Shown here: in pieces, positions 1 through 9,867 of the stretch | Numbering within the stretch: the first letter of the stretch is position 1 | Layout of the letters: every line of letters starts with the position of its first letter | Assembly (NCBI GenBank): GCA_050633305.1 | Contig: JBOEGF010000042.1 | Coordinates: forward strand, 1 to 64,000 | Length of the DNA stretch: 64,000 bases | Origin: Nannocystales bacterium | GTDB lineage: Bacteria > Myxococcota_A > Polyangia > Nannocystales > Nannocystaceae | Direction of reading: 5' to 3' | The notes under the pieces: generated by a model | What the model was told of the DNA's origin: nothing | Database searches by the model: none | What the model saw: the letters and a program-made list of their open reading frames with translations, nothing else | Position numbers and translations under genes: made by a program

Positions 1-181
1 CGAGCGCCAGCACGGCCTCGGCCAGGGGCCCTCCCTCGGTCACAGCCCCGTCGGCCTTGCCCGCCCCGAGGAAGGTGTCGTCGCGGGCGTCGCCGGATTC
101 GTCGGCATCACCCTCGCTACACGCCGTCACGGCGAGCAGGCAGACGAGATGGAATACTGGATTCAGAGCGAAGCGTTGCAT
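1..181 (-). CDS. 5' part of a lipoprotein (GKAD motif), paralogous to 61201..62532; runs off the window start
   Basis: Manual translation from ATG at 181 gives MQRFALNPVFHLVCLLAVTAC-SEGDADESGDARDDTFLGAGKADGAVTEGGPLAEAVLAL. It has a lipobox, and DDTFL..GKADG..EG.P.A..VLAL matches the N-terminus of the 62532 gene. Confidence 0.75.
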   Translation of the reverse strand, partial: MQRFALNPVFHLVCLLAVTACSEGDADESGDARDDTFLGAGKADGAVTEGGPLAEAVLAL

Positions 182-480
182 GTGGGGGTCTCTCCGCCTG
201 GGTACGACGAGAACCCACCGGGCGCGTAACGTCCTCCCCGCAACTTTTTTTGCGTCCGTGTTTCTTGCCCGCGGCCCGCTACGAACGCCTCGCGTATCCG
301 TCGCAGGAGAGTGGCCAGCGGGTCCGGAAGCTGCTTCCTCTCGCAACAGGCCCACCTCGTGGCCGATCGCTGCCCGCAGTGTCAGAACCGCAACCCCTCT
401 ATCCTGACACCGCCCTCTACGTGACCTGCGGTCTACCCCTCCGCCGACGACGATCCGGACCGCATACAACAGCGAGAAAG

Positions 481-513
481 GACAAAGGCCAGGGAGAGCA
501 TGCTCCCTGGCCT
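481..513 (-). terminator. Probable rho-independent terminator for the 546..1574 gene
   Basis: 11-bp stem AGGCCAGGGAG/CTCCCTGGCCT (486-496/503-513) with a 6-nt loop, followed on the minus strand by a T-rich tail (TTGTCCTTT), about 30 bp after the stop. Confidence 0.6.
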
Positions 514-545
514 CCGTGATGCCCTTTCGGGCCGCCGAAGAAGCC

Positions 546-1574
546 CTACTCCTCGGAGCTGCCGCCGCCCTCGGAGCCCTGTGCCGCGAGCTCTGCGTCG
601 ATTGCCGTCTGCACCGCGGCGATCTCCTCGCGCATGATGAGCACCGTCTTCTTCATGCGCTCGACCTTGAGCTCCAACGTCCGCTCGACCTCTAGGGAAG
701 CGTAGTGCTCGCCCTTGATCGCCTCGTCGACATGCAACAGGAGGGTGAGGTCGGCCCCGGAAAGCCCGTGGTGGGTCTCTTCGTCGTGGACGATCTCCGC
801 CAACTCCATGTCCGTGGCGGCAGTTCGGCCCACCTGGGCCATGAACGCATCGTTGTATGTCGTCTCGATGTCCTTGACCTGCTCTTCGATGAGCTCGGCG
901 TTTGCGTAGACCTCTGCGATGTCGACTGCGAGTTCCTTGTTGCGGAACGTCTTGACGCCGTCAGCCAGGTACAGCTGCCACACTTCCTTGCGATAGAAGG
1001 GCGTGAGCACGGCCGGTCGGAAGTTGAACGACTCCTTGTGCTCGCTGTGTGCCGTGTCGAACTTCGCGTACAGGTCGTGACACCCCTCCGGCGGCTCCGG
1101 ATGGTCAGGATCCTTGTCCACCGCAAATTCGTCGTGCAAGCACTTGACGACTTTCTCGTCTTCTTCGAGTTCCTCGAAGAAGTGCTTGAACGTGTCCTGC
1201 ATCGGCCCGAGGTTTTCGCCTGGTTCGTGCTTATCGATGGCCCCAAGGTCCTTCTCGATCGAAGCTTCCTGCTCCACGTTCGCTTTGAGCTCACGCTTGA
1301 AGTCTTGGAGGAGCGACACGTACTCCTGCTTCTCTTTCGCCGTGTCCTGGCAGCGCTGCAGCGCCGTCGCGGCGTACAGGCCGACAAAGATGAGCGCAAA
1401 GTCGATCGACTTGTCGAGCAGGAGTTCCAGCGCTCCTCCGCCCGACTCGGCTCGCTTGGCTCTCTTCTTCGCTGCGGCAGACTGAAACCCCGGCGAGGGA
1501 GCGGGCTGCCCCGCAGGCTGCTGTTGAGGGGGATAGGGCTGCTGACCTGGCCCTTGTCCATGCGGTGGGTGCAT
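546..1574 (-). CDS. Hypothetical membrane-anchored coiled-coil protein (about 342 aa)
   Basis: Likely start MHPPHGQG at 1574. Pro/Gln-rich N-terminus, one hydrophobic segment (FALIFVGLYAATAL), then acidic helical/coiled-coil sequence with host-like codon usage. Confidence 0.75.
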   Translation of the reverse strand: MHPPHGQGPGQQPYPPQQQPAGQPAPSPGFQSAAAKKRAKRAESGGGALELLLDKSIDFALIFVGLYAATALQRCQDTAKEKQEYVSLLQDFKRELKANVEQEASIEKDLGAIDKHEPGENLGPMQDTFKHFFEELEEDEKVVKCLHDEFAVDKDPDHPEPPEGCHDLYAKFDTAHSEHKESFNFRPAVLTPFYRKEVWQLYLADGVKTFRNKELAVDIAEVYANAELIEEQVKDIETTYNDAFMAQVGRTAATDMELAEIVHDEETHHGLSGADLTLLLHVDEAIKGEHYASLEVERTLELKVERMKKTVLIMREEIAAVQTAIDAELAAQGSEGGGSSEE

Positions 1575-1987
1575 GCGCGGGAGCCTATCAGGACTCCGCC
1601 GAGCAAGCCCCCCCACCGATCGCTTTGCCTCCCTGCTGCCCATTTCCCCCATTTGCGGCCCCCAACGCCCGAGCGTTCGACGCATTCCGCAGGCAACCGG
1701 CCCCGCGACGACCTCAACATCTGGGTCAAAAATCCGCCACGCTCGCTGGTCGAACAATGCCCCTAATGGACATATCGTGATTAACCGGCGGAGTCGGGCG
1801 CGTCCCGGGCCTTGCTCGGTCTCTGCCCGCGCCGCGTGGGCACCGGGAGGACGGAAGGGCGCCGCGGGTGCAGAACGTACATCCCACGCCAGGACCGCAA
1901 TGGGAGGCCGGACTTGGCTGAAAACCATCGAACGCTGTCTTTTAAGCCACTGGTCGATGGGGACCGGATCCGTATGCTGGATCCACG

Positions 1988-2428
1988 ATGAGTCCACCGC
2001 ACCTTGGGGCCGCCGACGTTCTTGGACCGATCCCCGGGGCGCTCGTGTTTATCCTGCTCATGTCGCTGCTGCGTGAGCCGACACGCCGCAACTTCAACGC
2101 CATTTTCGTTGCAGGCGCGGGGGCTGCGTATCTGTCGAGCGGGCTCGGTGTATGGGAGTTGCCCTACGTGGCCATCGCCGTGTTCGTGGCCTACCTCGGC
2201 CTGCGTTCGTACGTGTGGATCGGCGTAGCCTGGCTGATGCACACCTCGTGGGACATCGTGCATCACGCCTGCGCCGACCCGATCTGGCCGTTCATGCCCA
2301 CATCGTCGGCCGGCTGCGCCGTCTTCGACGCGGTGATCGCCATATGGTTCCTCGCGGGTGCCCCTTCGATGTTCGACCGCTGGCTAGCGAAGACCCCGAG
2401 AAGGCGCGAACCCAACCCGGCCGCGTAG
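1988..2428 (+). CDS. Small integral membrane protein (DUF6010-like)
   Basis: 4-5 hydrophobic helices with motifs RRNFNAIFVAGAGAAYL, IGVAWLMHTSWDIVHH and SSAGCAVFDAVIAIW. Confidence 0.75.
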   Translation: MSPPHLGAADVLGPIPGALVFILLMSLLREPTRRNFNAIFVAGAGAAYLSSGLGVWELPYVAIAVFVAYLGLRSYVWIGVAWLMHTSWDIVHHACADPIWPFMPTSSAGCAVFDAVIAIWFLAGAPSMFDRWLAKTPRRREPNPAA

Positions 2429-2622
2429 CCTCGGGCTTGGGATCGCTCGAGTCCGCGAGCCTGCTTGGGCTCGGGCGCGGGTTCGTCTCCGCGAGGCACC
2501 ACCGCTGAGCGCTACGTGCGGTGAGCCGACAAGACGCCGTCGTACAGAACCGTGTGTGCCCTCGGCGGAGGGACCAGCGCACACAGACCTGCGCATCACC
2601 GACTCGACCCCCACCGCCGCCC

Positions 2623-4212
2623 TCATCGTTTGCGTTTCTTGCCCGGCGCCGTTGATGATTGAGAGGTCTTCGCCTTTTTAAGGGGCGGCTGGCTTGCTTG
2701 CGGCGACGCCTCTGGCAGAAGGACGATTTTGTCGTACATCTTCGTGCCGGTCGAGTTGCTCCCTGTGGCCATGTACGTGAGGTCGCGATTGGAGGTCTCC
2801 ACAATTTCCGTGCCAACCGAGATGTTGTTCAGATCACCACCGACGCTCACGTATTTCTGAACCGCGAGCTCCTCCGCGAGTTCATTTTCCTTACCGTTGA
2901 GGAGGTGTGTAAAGGCGTGTTTCTCCCCGGCGTACGTCACAGCAATGACATTTTGCCTTGTAACACTTCCGTCCCCGTCGAATTGTTCGATAAGCTTCGC
3001 TTCGACCTTCATCGCGGCCGGCGGAACAACCTTATTGACAAACAGGTATCCCGTCAGTGCGTGAACACCTTTGCCTTGGCCCAGAACACCGCCGCCGGAC
3101 CCATATGTCGGCTTGCTGGCATTGATAAACTGAATGGTAAAAGGCTGAGCACCCGGAAGGTCCCTAACAGTGTGTCGAATCCTGCTGTCGATATAGCTCG
3201 TGCACTCCCCGACAATGAGGAGGGCGTGACCTTTTCCGGCTTTCGCTCTCCCGAGCAATTCAAGCCCTTCGGCCTTGAGTTTATCAATGAAGCCCGTTCG
3301 AGGGTTGACCACCGCCTCCGAGCCCAGGTAGGAGGGCCGAGTGGAGCCGTTTTGTCGAAGTGCCCGGTTGTGTGTGTGTTGATGTCCATGTTCGAGCGAG
3401 TGGTAGTACACACACAGGGGAGGAGTGCCGACCTTGCTAAATCCGGCGACGAAACCGGTGTGGTCGCTGAACAGGTTCATATTTCTGTCGCTTGGCTGAA
3501 CCTGATACAGCATCTCGATCTTTGCACCATTTTTCGTTACGATCGCGCTTGCTCGATCGCTTGACTTATTTTCCTGGGTTGGAAAGGACAGCAAGTGGTC
3601 GAGAGCCTGTCTTCGAGCCCCGTCGATGTCACTACCTTTGATCAGTGGAAGGAGTGTATCCCTTGACTCGAAGGTATTTGAGTCGATGTCGTACTTGTTG
3701 AGTATCAAGTTTCTGATCGCGATCTTCGTGTCGTCTTCGACCTTCAGCGCGTCGATATTCTGCATCGCGACCTTGATCGCGTCGGCACTCGAGGTGCGTA
3801 GGATTCCGTAGTTTCTTTCGACGCCCGCCATCGCCTTTTGAAATCTCTCGGCCGTGGTTCGGCTCTTCTCGAACCTCCCTTCGAGCTCGGGAGCAGTGTC
3901 GACGCTACTGGAGTGTCGGCGTGCGGCGTCGATGAGTCTTTCGAGGTCGTGGTTATAGGCCACAGTAAGCTCGGTAATCTTCAGCGCTATGGATCTGGGG
4001 ATTCTCGCGTCATCGAGGAAGTGAGAGAGTTTTGGTCGCTCGGAGACCTCCGTTCTCTGCTGCAGCTTGTCGCGTTTGCGTCGGATCTCATCGTACGACC
4101 GCTTCGTCAGAGGATTGGTCGTCTTGGCTCTGCCGGATATTCCCTCGATTTTGTGCGGTGTTGGTCCTTGCGGGTTAGAGAGAGCCGAGGGTAGGAGTGG
4201 CTTTTCGGGCAT
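2623..4212 (-). CDS. Hypothetical 529-aa orphan protein, lower GC, with a basic C-terminal tail
   Basis: Long ORF with natural composition and no signal peptide. It contains a His-rich stretch HSLEHGHQHTH and ends PPLKKAKTSQSSTAPGKKRKR. Confidence 0.75.
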   Translation of the reverse strand: MPEKPLLPSALSNPQGPTPHKIEGISGRAKTTNPLTKRSYDEIRRKRDKLQQRTEVSERPKLSHFLDDARIPRSIALKITELTVAYNHDLERLIDAARRHSSSVDTAPELEGRFEKSRTTAERFQKAMAGVERNYGILRTSSADAIKVAMQNIDALKVEDDTKIAIRNLILNKYDIDSNTFESRDTLLPLIKGSDIDGARRQALDHLLSFPTQENKSSDRASAIVTKNGAKIEMLYQVQPSDRNMNLFSDHTGFVAGFSKVGTPPLCVYYHSLEHGHQHTHNRALRQNGSTRPSYLGSEAVVNPRTGFIDKLKAEGLELLGRAKAGKGHALLIVGECTSYIDSRIRHTVRDLPGAQPFTIQFINASKPTYGSGGGVLGQGKGVHALTGYLFVNKVVPPAAMKVEAKLIEQFDGDGSVTRQNVIAVTYAGEKHAFTHLLNGKENELAEELAVQKYVSVGGDLNNISVGTEIVETSNRDLTYMATGSNSTGTKMYDKIVLLPEASPQASQPPLKKAKTSQSSTAPGKKRKR

Positions 4213-4683
4213 GGCGATTCCAGAGTTTGGGCGTCTCGTGCGCGGGTGTGTTCACTTGTGCTGGCTGGCAGGCGATATCGATCTCCCCCTGCGCCGAAAG
4301 GCGGGACCGTGCCTTCATGCCGCGATCCTCCCAACCCGTTCAGCGTCGGTTCCGGGGCTTGTGCCGCTCAATCGCAGTGCGATGTCACGATCTCAGCAGC
4401 CCGGAGAAGTCGTCTGGCGATCGAATCTCATCAGATCGAGCGGGTACCGTAGGAGCGAGCCAAGATCGGCTTGCAGGCCGTAGCAGCCACGGACCCAGCG
4501 CCGCAGGCCGCGGGCACGCCGAGCGCAGCCCGGAGGATCCCTCCGCGATTAACGATATCCAGCCGATGCATCAGGACCGGACCCGTACGTGAGCAACACT
4601 GTCTGCAATCACGCGCGGGCCAGCGCGTCGACCCTCCCACGGGAATACCCATCCCTCGCGCGGCGTGAACTCGCACAGCCGCC

Positions 4684-6993
4684 ATGCTCCCGCACGCCCA
4701 TCTCCGACTCCTCGCCAGCCTCACCCCCGCCGCGCTCGCACTGGCGGCCTCGCTGGGCCCGTCCGTCGCGGACGCCAATGGCCGCCTCACCGCCACCACG
4801 GAGTCGGGAGACGTGGGCGAACTCGGCCTCGTCGAAGAACACCTCACCGTCACCATCGACCGCCAATACGCAAACACCTCCCTGCGACAGGTCTACAGCA
4901 ATCGCTCCGAGTCCCGCCTCGAAGGCCGCTACACCCTGCAAGCCGGGCCGGGCGCGAAGGTCCACGGATTCTCCTACTGGAACGGGGAGGACCGCATTGT
5001 TGGCGAAGTCCTCGAGAACTCCACGGCCACGGAGATCTACGAAGAAGTCACCGGCCTTGGCGGCGACCCTGGCCTCCTGACCGAATCCGGGGAGGGCGCT
5101 TTCACGTTCCGCGTGTTCCCGATCGAGCCGGGCGAAGACAAGCCGGTCGAAGTGGACTATCACCGCCGGCTGGAGCGTTCCGGTGACCGCATCCTAGCAA
5201 GCTTTCCGCTCGCCGAGCCAGCGGCCAATGCCACGATCACGCTGCACGACGAACGCGGGCTCGCGGACCTCGAGTCCGCCTCCCACAACCTCGATATCAA
5301 GCGCATCGACGCCGAGCACGTTGAGGTCCGTACGAAGGACCCCAAGGGAACACCCACGGAGCTCGACCTGTCGTGGACGGTCGGTCAGCCCACGTGGACG
5401 CTCGACACCGCCATTCACCGCGACAAGGGCCAAGACGGCTACATGCTCGTCACCCTCGCCACGCCCGACGCGGCGCCCTCCACCAAGCGCATTGGAAAAG
5501 ACGTCACACTGGTCCTCGACATTTCGGGCAGCATGGCCGGCCCCCCGCTCGAGCAGGCCAAGCTCGCCGCCATCGACGTCCTGGGCCGGCTGAGCTCGGA
5601 CGACCGCGTCAACGTGGTGCTCTTCGATGACGGCGTCGACAAGCTCTACAACACCCCACGCGCCGTCAAAGACTCCACCCGCAAAGACGCCATCGACTTC
5701 GTCAAGAAGGCCCACGACAACGGCGGGACGGACATTGCCCTCGCGCTCAAAGAGTCCCTCGCCGCCCAAACCCGGGACGACAAGCCCGACGTGATCCTGT
5801 TCCTCACCGACGGACAATCCGACTCGCGACAAACCCTCGAAGTCGCCGCCGCCGACAAGGGCGATGCCCGTGTGTTCACGATTGGCGTGGGCGATGGCGT
5901 TGAGCGTCCCCTGCTCTCCCGCCTGGCCTCCACCAAGCGAGGTCGCTTCACGTTCATCGAGTCGCCGCAGGCCATCACCCGCAAGATGGAGAAGCTCTAC
6001 GACTCGATCGAGACGCCGATGATGGTGGACCTCGAGCTGAAGGCGGAGGGCGCGACGGTCACCCGGATCTACCCGCAAAGCCTGCCGGACCTCTACGCCT
6101 CCGACGAGCTGGTGGTCGCCGCTCGGGTGCGCGGCGATGGACCCACCACCCTCACCCTCACCGGACGCCGCGGCGGCAAGCTCGAGACCTTCGAGACCAC
6201 GCTCGGCGTGCCCAAGACCAATGAGCGCCCCTGGGTCGGACGCACGTGGGCCGAAGCGCGGACGGACGACCTGCTCGAAGAGATCGCGCTGGCCGGCGAG
6301 ACTGAAGAACTGGTGGACGAGACCACCGAGCTGGCGCTGGCCTACAACATCGTCACTCCTTACACCGCCTTCTTGGCCATCCCCGCCAGCGAGCTCACCG
6401 AAGCCGCCTCCGAGACCCTTGCCCAAGCCCGCGAGCGCAAGTCCAAGATCCTCGCCGCCAACCCGGACGCCGCGGCCCTGTCGCGCGACATCATGCCCCC
6501 GGGCGACCCCATCCTGTCGGTGCGTGCCCCGGCCAGCGCCCAGCAGGTCACCGCATACTTCCCCTTCGGCCTGGTCGAAGACCTGGTCTGGGATGAGACC
6601 CGCGAGATGTGGACCACCCGCTTCCTGGTGCCCAAGGGGGTGGAGGACGGTGCCTACGATGTGAAGGTGGTCGTGGTCGACAAGAACGGTGCGGTCAAGA
6701 TGTCGACCGTCCCCTACACCATCGACTCCGAAGCCCCCGACTTCGACGTTGAGCTGGAGGTGACAGACGACGGAGTGCGCGTTGTTGCCAAAGCAGAGCC
6801 CGAGCTGGGGGTCCTGCGAGAGGCCGTGGTCGCGCTCGTCGACGACCCCACCGTGCGGACCGACCTGACGCTGCGCCGTGGCGAGCTCGCGGGCGAGCTG
6901 AACCTGCCGCCCGGGCTGCACCGCCTGCGCGTGGTGGTGACCGACGACGCACGTAACGAGAAGAGCCGCGAGATCGAAGTCGAGGTGAAGTGA
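4684..6993 (+). CDS. Secreted VIT + von Willebrand A domain protein (inter-alpha-trypsin inhibitor-like)
   Basis: Signal peptide, VIT region (YANTSLRQVYSN...FTFRVFPIEPGE), and vWA MIDAS motif DISGSM with GGTDI, LFLTDG, FTIGVG and IVTPYTAFLA. Confidence 0.9.
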   Translation: MLPHAHLRLLASLTPAALALAASLGPSVADANGRLTATTESGDVGELGLVEEHLTVTIDRQYANTSLRQVYSNRSESRLEGRYTLQAGPGAKVHGFSYWNGEDRIVGEVLENSTATEIYEEVTGLGGDPGLLTESGEGAFTFRVFPIEPGEDKPVEVDYHRRLERSGDRILASFPLAEPAANATITLHDERGLADLESASHNLDIKRIDAEHVEVRTKDPKGTPTELDLSWTVGQPTWTLDTAIHRDKGQDGYMLVTLATPDAAPSTKRIGKDVTLVLDISGSMAGPPLEQAKLAAIDVLGRLSSDDRVNVVLFDDGVDKLYNTPRAVKDSTRKDAIDFVKKAHDNGGTDIALALKESLAAQTRDDKPDVILFLTDGQSDSRQTLEVAAADKGDARVFTIGVGDGVERPLLSRLASTKRGRFTFIESPQAITRKMEKLYDSIETPMMVDLELKAEGATVTRIYPQSLPDLYASDELVVAARVRGDGPTTLTLTGRRGGKLETFETTLGVPKTNERPWVGRTWAEARTDDLLEEIALAGETEELVDETTELALAYNIVTPYTAFLAIPASELTEAASETLAQARERKSKILAANPDAAALSRDIMPPGDPILSVRAPASAQQVTAYFPFGLVEDLVWDETREMWTTRFLVPKGVEDGAYDVKVVVVDKNGAVKMSTVPYTIDSEAPDFDVELEVTDDGVRVVAKAEPELGVLREAVVALVDDPTVRTDLTLRRGELAGELNLPPGLHRLRVVVTDDARNEKSREIEVEVK

Positions 6994-8275
6994 TGTTCGC
7001 CAGCCTGCTCACGCTTGCGCTCGCCGCCCCTCTCGCCGACGTCCGGTCATTCGAGCTGGCCACGGTCCACACCAGCACCGCACACGTCGAGGACCTGGGC
7101 ACAGACGGCAAGCTCGTGTGGGCCGCGACGCGCGGGGGCCTCGAGGTTTACGACGTCGCGACCGGGGCGCTCCAGCGCCGCTTCGACACCCGTCACGGGC
7201 TCGACACCGCCCACGTCTGGAGCGTCGAGCTTGCTGACGGCGTCCCCACGTCCGGACGACCGCCTGCACCTGCCGACTCGAAGTAGGATCCTTCGTCTGC
7301 ACGCCCGCCACCGACCCTCCCGCAGTCGAACCCACCGTCGGACCCCGCCGCGACGGCAAGCGTGTGACCTCCATCGTCACCACCAACAACCAGCGCTTCG
7401 AAGCCACCGCAGGGGCCGGCTTGTGGATCGGCGGCGAGACCCCGCGCCGCCGATCCGCAGACGACCAGCCCTGCTCCAACCACATCGGCCCCATGCTCGC
7501 CGAAGGCGACCGCCTGTGGCTCGGTGCCTTCCACGAAGGCCTCTGCTTCACCGATGACGGTAAAACCTTCACCCACGCGTCCGAGGGGCCCCGGATGATC
7601 AACGACCTCGCCTTTGTCGATGGCGTCCTGTGGATCGCCGCCACCGAAGGACTCTTCCGCACGACCGACGGCATCACCTTCGAGCGCGAAGCCAGTATCC
7701 GCCCCCGAGGCGTCAACGGCCTGGCCCGAGATGGCGACACGCTCCTCGTCACCACCCCCGGCGCCCTGTGGACTGTCCCCCTCGGCAGAGGCCGTACCCA
7801 AGCCCAACGCCGTCCCGGAAAAACTCGCGCAATCCAGGGTCTCGTCCACACCGCCGATGCGACCTGGCTGACCACCGAAGACCGCGGCGTCGTCCGAGTC
7901 GCCGCCAACGGAGACACCACCCGCTTCGACCTCGCGGCTGGGCTCCCCGCCAGCTGGTTCCTCGCCGCCGCCACCGATAGCCAAGGCAACATCTTTGCCG
8001 GCTCCCTACGCAACGGAGTCACTGTGCTCGAGCCAGACGGAAGCCACCACTCGGTCGAAGGCCTCCCCGACACCTGGGTCTTCGCCGTCACCCGCATCGG
8101 CGACACCATCTTCGTCGGCACCCAAGACGGCGCCGCCGCGATCCGAGGCGACGACGTCACCATCCTCCCCGACCTACCCCACTCCAACGTGCACGGCTTT
8201 GCCCACTACCGAGACCAACTCTGGGTCGCAACCGAAGGCGGTGCCGCGGTACGAGACCAGTCTCCCCGCCTTTGA
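6993..8275 (+). pseudogene. Secreted beta-propeller (sensor/regulator propeller-like) protein split by a 1-nt frameshift; real lesion or sequencing error
   Basis: ATG overlaps the vWA stop (TGATG). Frame 1 has a signal peptide and WAATRGGL but stops at 7286. The next frame is open from 7238 and continues with blades LWIAATEGL, IFVGTQDG and LWVATEGG. Adding one C at CCCC 7244-7247 gives about 427 aa. Confidence 0.75.
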
Positions 8276-8449
8276 ATGAGAAGCCTTCGGTTGCTGGGTT
8301 TGTGGCATGGTCGCGAACACCCATGCTGAGCGTCTTGCACTCACGAGCGTGGCGCTACAAGGGCGGGCGCTGGGCGTCTTCGCCGCTGGTTCTTGAAGAG
8401 AGGGGTGGATGCCCACAACTTCAAGGCAAGGCGACCTCCCCCTCCTTTC

Positions 8450-9274
8450 TCAGACGTCATTCAGGTCGTCGGAGAGCATCTCACACCACCGCAGTCGGGA
8501 TTCGTAGCTCTCGACCTGATAGGATTTGTCCTCCTGTGACTCCATCTCGGCCGTGGCGAGCAGCCCGAGGGCCTCTTGGGACACCGCAATACACTCGTCG
8601 ATTCGTTCTTGGTTCTCCTGGATTCGAGTTTCGTCCCAAGCATCCATGGCCCAGGTGATATCTGTCCCCTGTGGTTCGTCGTACCCCGCAGGCAGCGGAG
8701 GCAGGTCACGGCCCAACATCGCATGCGCGACGCAACTCGCGTACCGCCGGCATTCCTTCGTGTTCGGCTCCGTCCCCGCAACGCTCGCGTATTCGGCCTT
8801 GGAACCCAGTCCGTCCTCAGCCTTCTTTGGAGAAGCCACAACTCTGACTCCAATGTGGCAACGCTCGGAGGGGCTGACCCTAGGTCCGCACACCGAGACA
8901 ACGTCGTGCATGAAGAACGGGTCTGTGAGTCCGTTGTAAAACTTCCCCCACCCTGGGTCCGCGTCATCGAGCCTGTCAGGCATACCAACAGCAGATTCAG
9001 CCGCTCGGACCAGCTCTTTGGCGTCTCCCGGAGCGCCAATCATCCACTCTTCCAGGAAGTTCGAGGCTGGGTCGGTCGGAAGTCTCCTTAGTGTGGAGGC
9101 TGTACCGTCTCGGCCCCATTTTTCCAGCGATTCAAAGCCCGCGACCTCGGCCGCCCCTTGCCTATCCCAGCCGTCCGCTTCGTCCGACTCTCCGTCGCGA
9201 ACCAGCGTAGTTAGGGCCCAGGCGAGTGCTGCCGCCCCCAGGAAGCCTGCCATCATGAGCAGTCGTTCACGCAT
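8450..9274 (-). CDS. Hypothetical N-terminally membrane-anchored protein with Cys pairs
   Basis: Start MRERLLMMAGFLGAAALAWAL (hydrophobic anchor) followed by an acidic exported domain with 6 Cys. Confidence 0.7.
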   Translation of the reverse strand: MRERLLMMAGFLGAAALAWALTTLVRDGESDEADGWDRQGAAEVAGFESLEKWGRDGTASTLRRLPTDPASNFLEEWMIGAPGDAKELVRAAESAVGMPDRLDDADPGWGKFYNGLTDPFFMHDVVSVCGPRVSPSERCHIGVRVVASPKKAEDGLGSKAEYASVAGTEPNTKECRRYASCVAHAMLGRDLPPLPAGYDEPQGTDITWAMDAWDETRIQENQERIDECIAVSQEALGLLATAEMESQEDKSYQVESYESRLRWCEMLSDDLNDV

Positions 9275-9341
9275 ATTTTCGTCCTCGCGGTAACGTGAAG
9301 GCCGAGCACTCACGACAAACGCCCAGCCCCCACCAGCTACC

Positions 9342-9539
9342 CTAGCAATTGCAGGTCTTCACGCCCGAATCGCAAGGGTAACAAGATGTGACAAGTTTCG
9401 CCTTCGTCTTTGCCGTGAAGCCGAACCCAAGCGCCTTTGCCTCGGGCACACCACCGGAGATATCGTAGCAACCGGCAGCAACGAGGCCGCAAATCGCCCC
9501 CATTGAAAGAGCGCGCAAGAATCGTCGTTTCTTCTTCAT
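9342..9539 (-). CDS. 65-aa Cys-rich lipopeptide/secreted peptide
   Basis: AAGGA RBS before the ATG at 9539. Translation MKKKRRFLRALSMGAICGLVAAGC-YDISGGVPEAKALGFGFTAKTKAKLVTSCYPCDSGVKTCNC: basic n-region, h-region, lipobox AAGC. Confidence 0.65.
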   Translation of the reverse strand: MKKKRRFLRALSMGAICGLVAAGCYDISGGVPEAKALGFGFTAKTKAKLVTSCYPCDSGVKTCNC

Positions 9540-9580
9540 TGTCCTTTTCATTCCTAAGCCCATCCATGGGCCCATTTTCG

Positions 9581-9610
9581 AACATAGGAAACCCATTCCA
9601 TGCCTGTCAA
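9581..9610 (-). promoter_or_regulatory. Putative sigma70 promoter for the small Cys-rich peptide gene
   Basis: Minus strand TTGACA (9610-9605), 18-nt spacer, TATGTT (9586-9581), about 40 nt upstream of the ATG at 9539. Confidence 0.5.
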
Positions 9611-9867
9611 CCTCGGCGGAACAAGGGGACAGGCAGGAAAAGCTGAACTCTTTGGGACGGACTTCGGTCACCGAAGTCTTCCGCCAGCCGGTTGGCCTGC
9701 CATGTTTCCGGGGCGTGTGGCGCCAGCGGGTCCACGCCCGCCGCGGTTGACGCTGGGTCGCGCTCGAGGGCCGCCTCACGGCGAAGAGACCAGCCAGCAA
9801 GTCGCACGTGGCCCCCCTGCTCCCGCTCGTCCTCCACGGTGATTCGGTTCGGGGTCGACGGGGGGCC

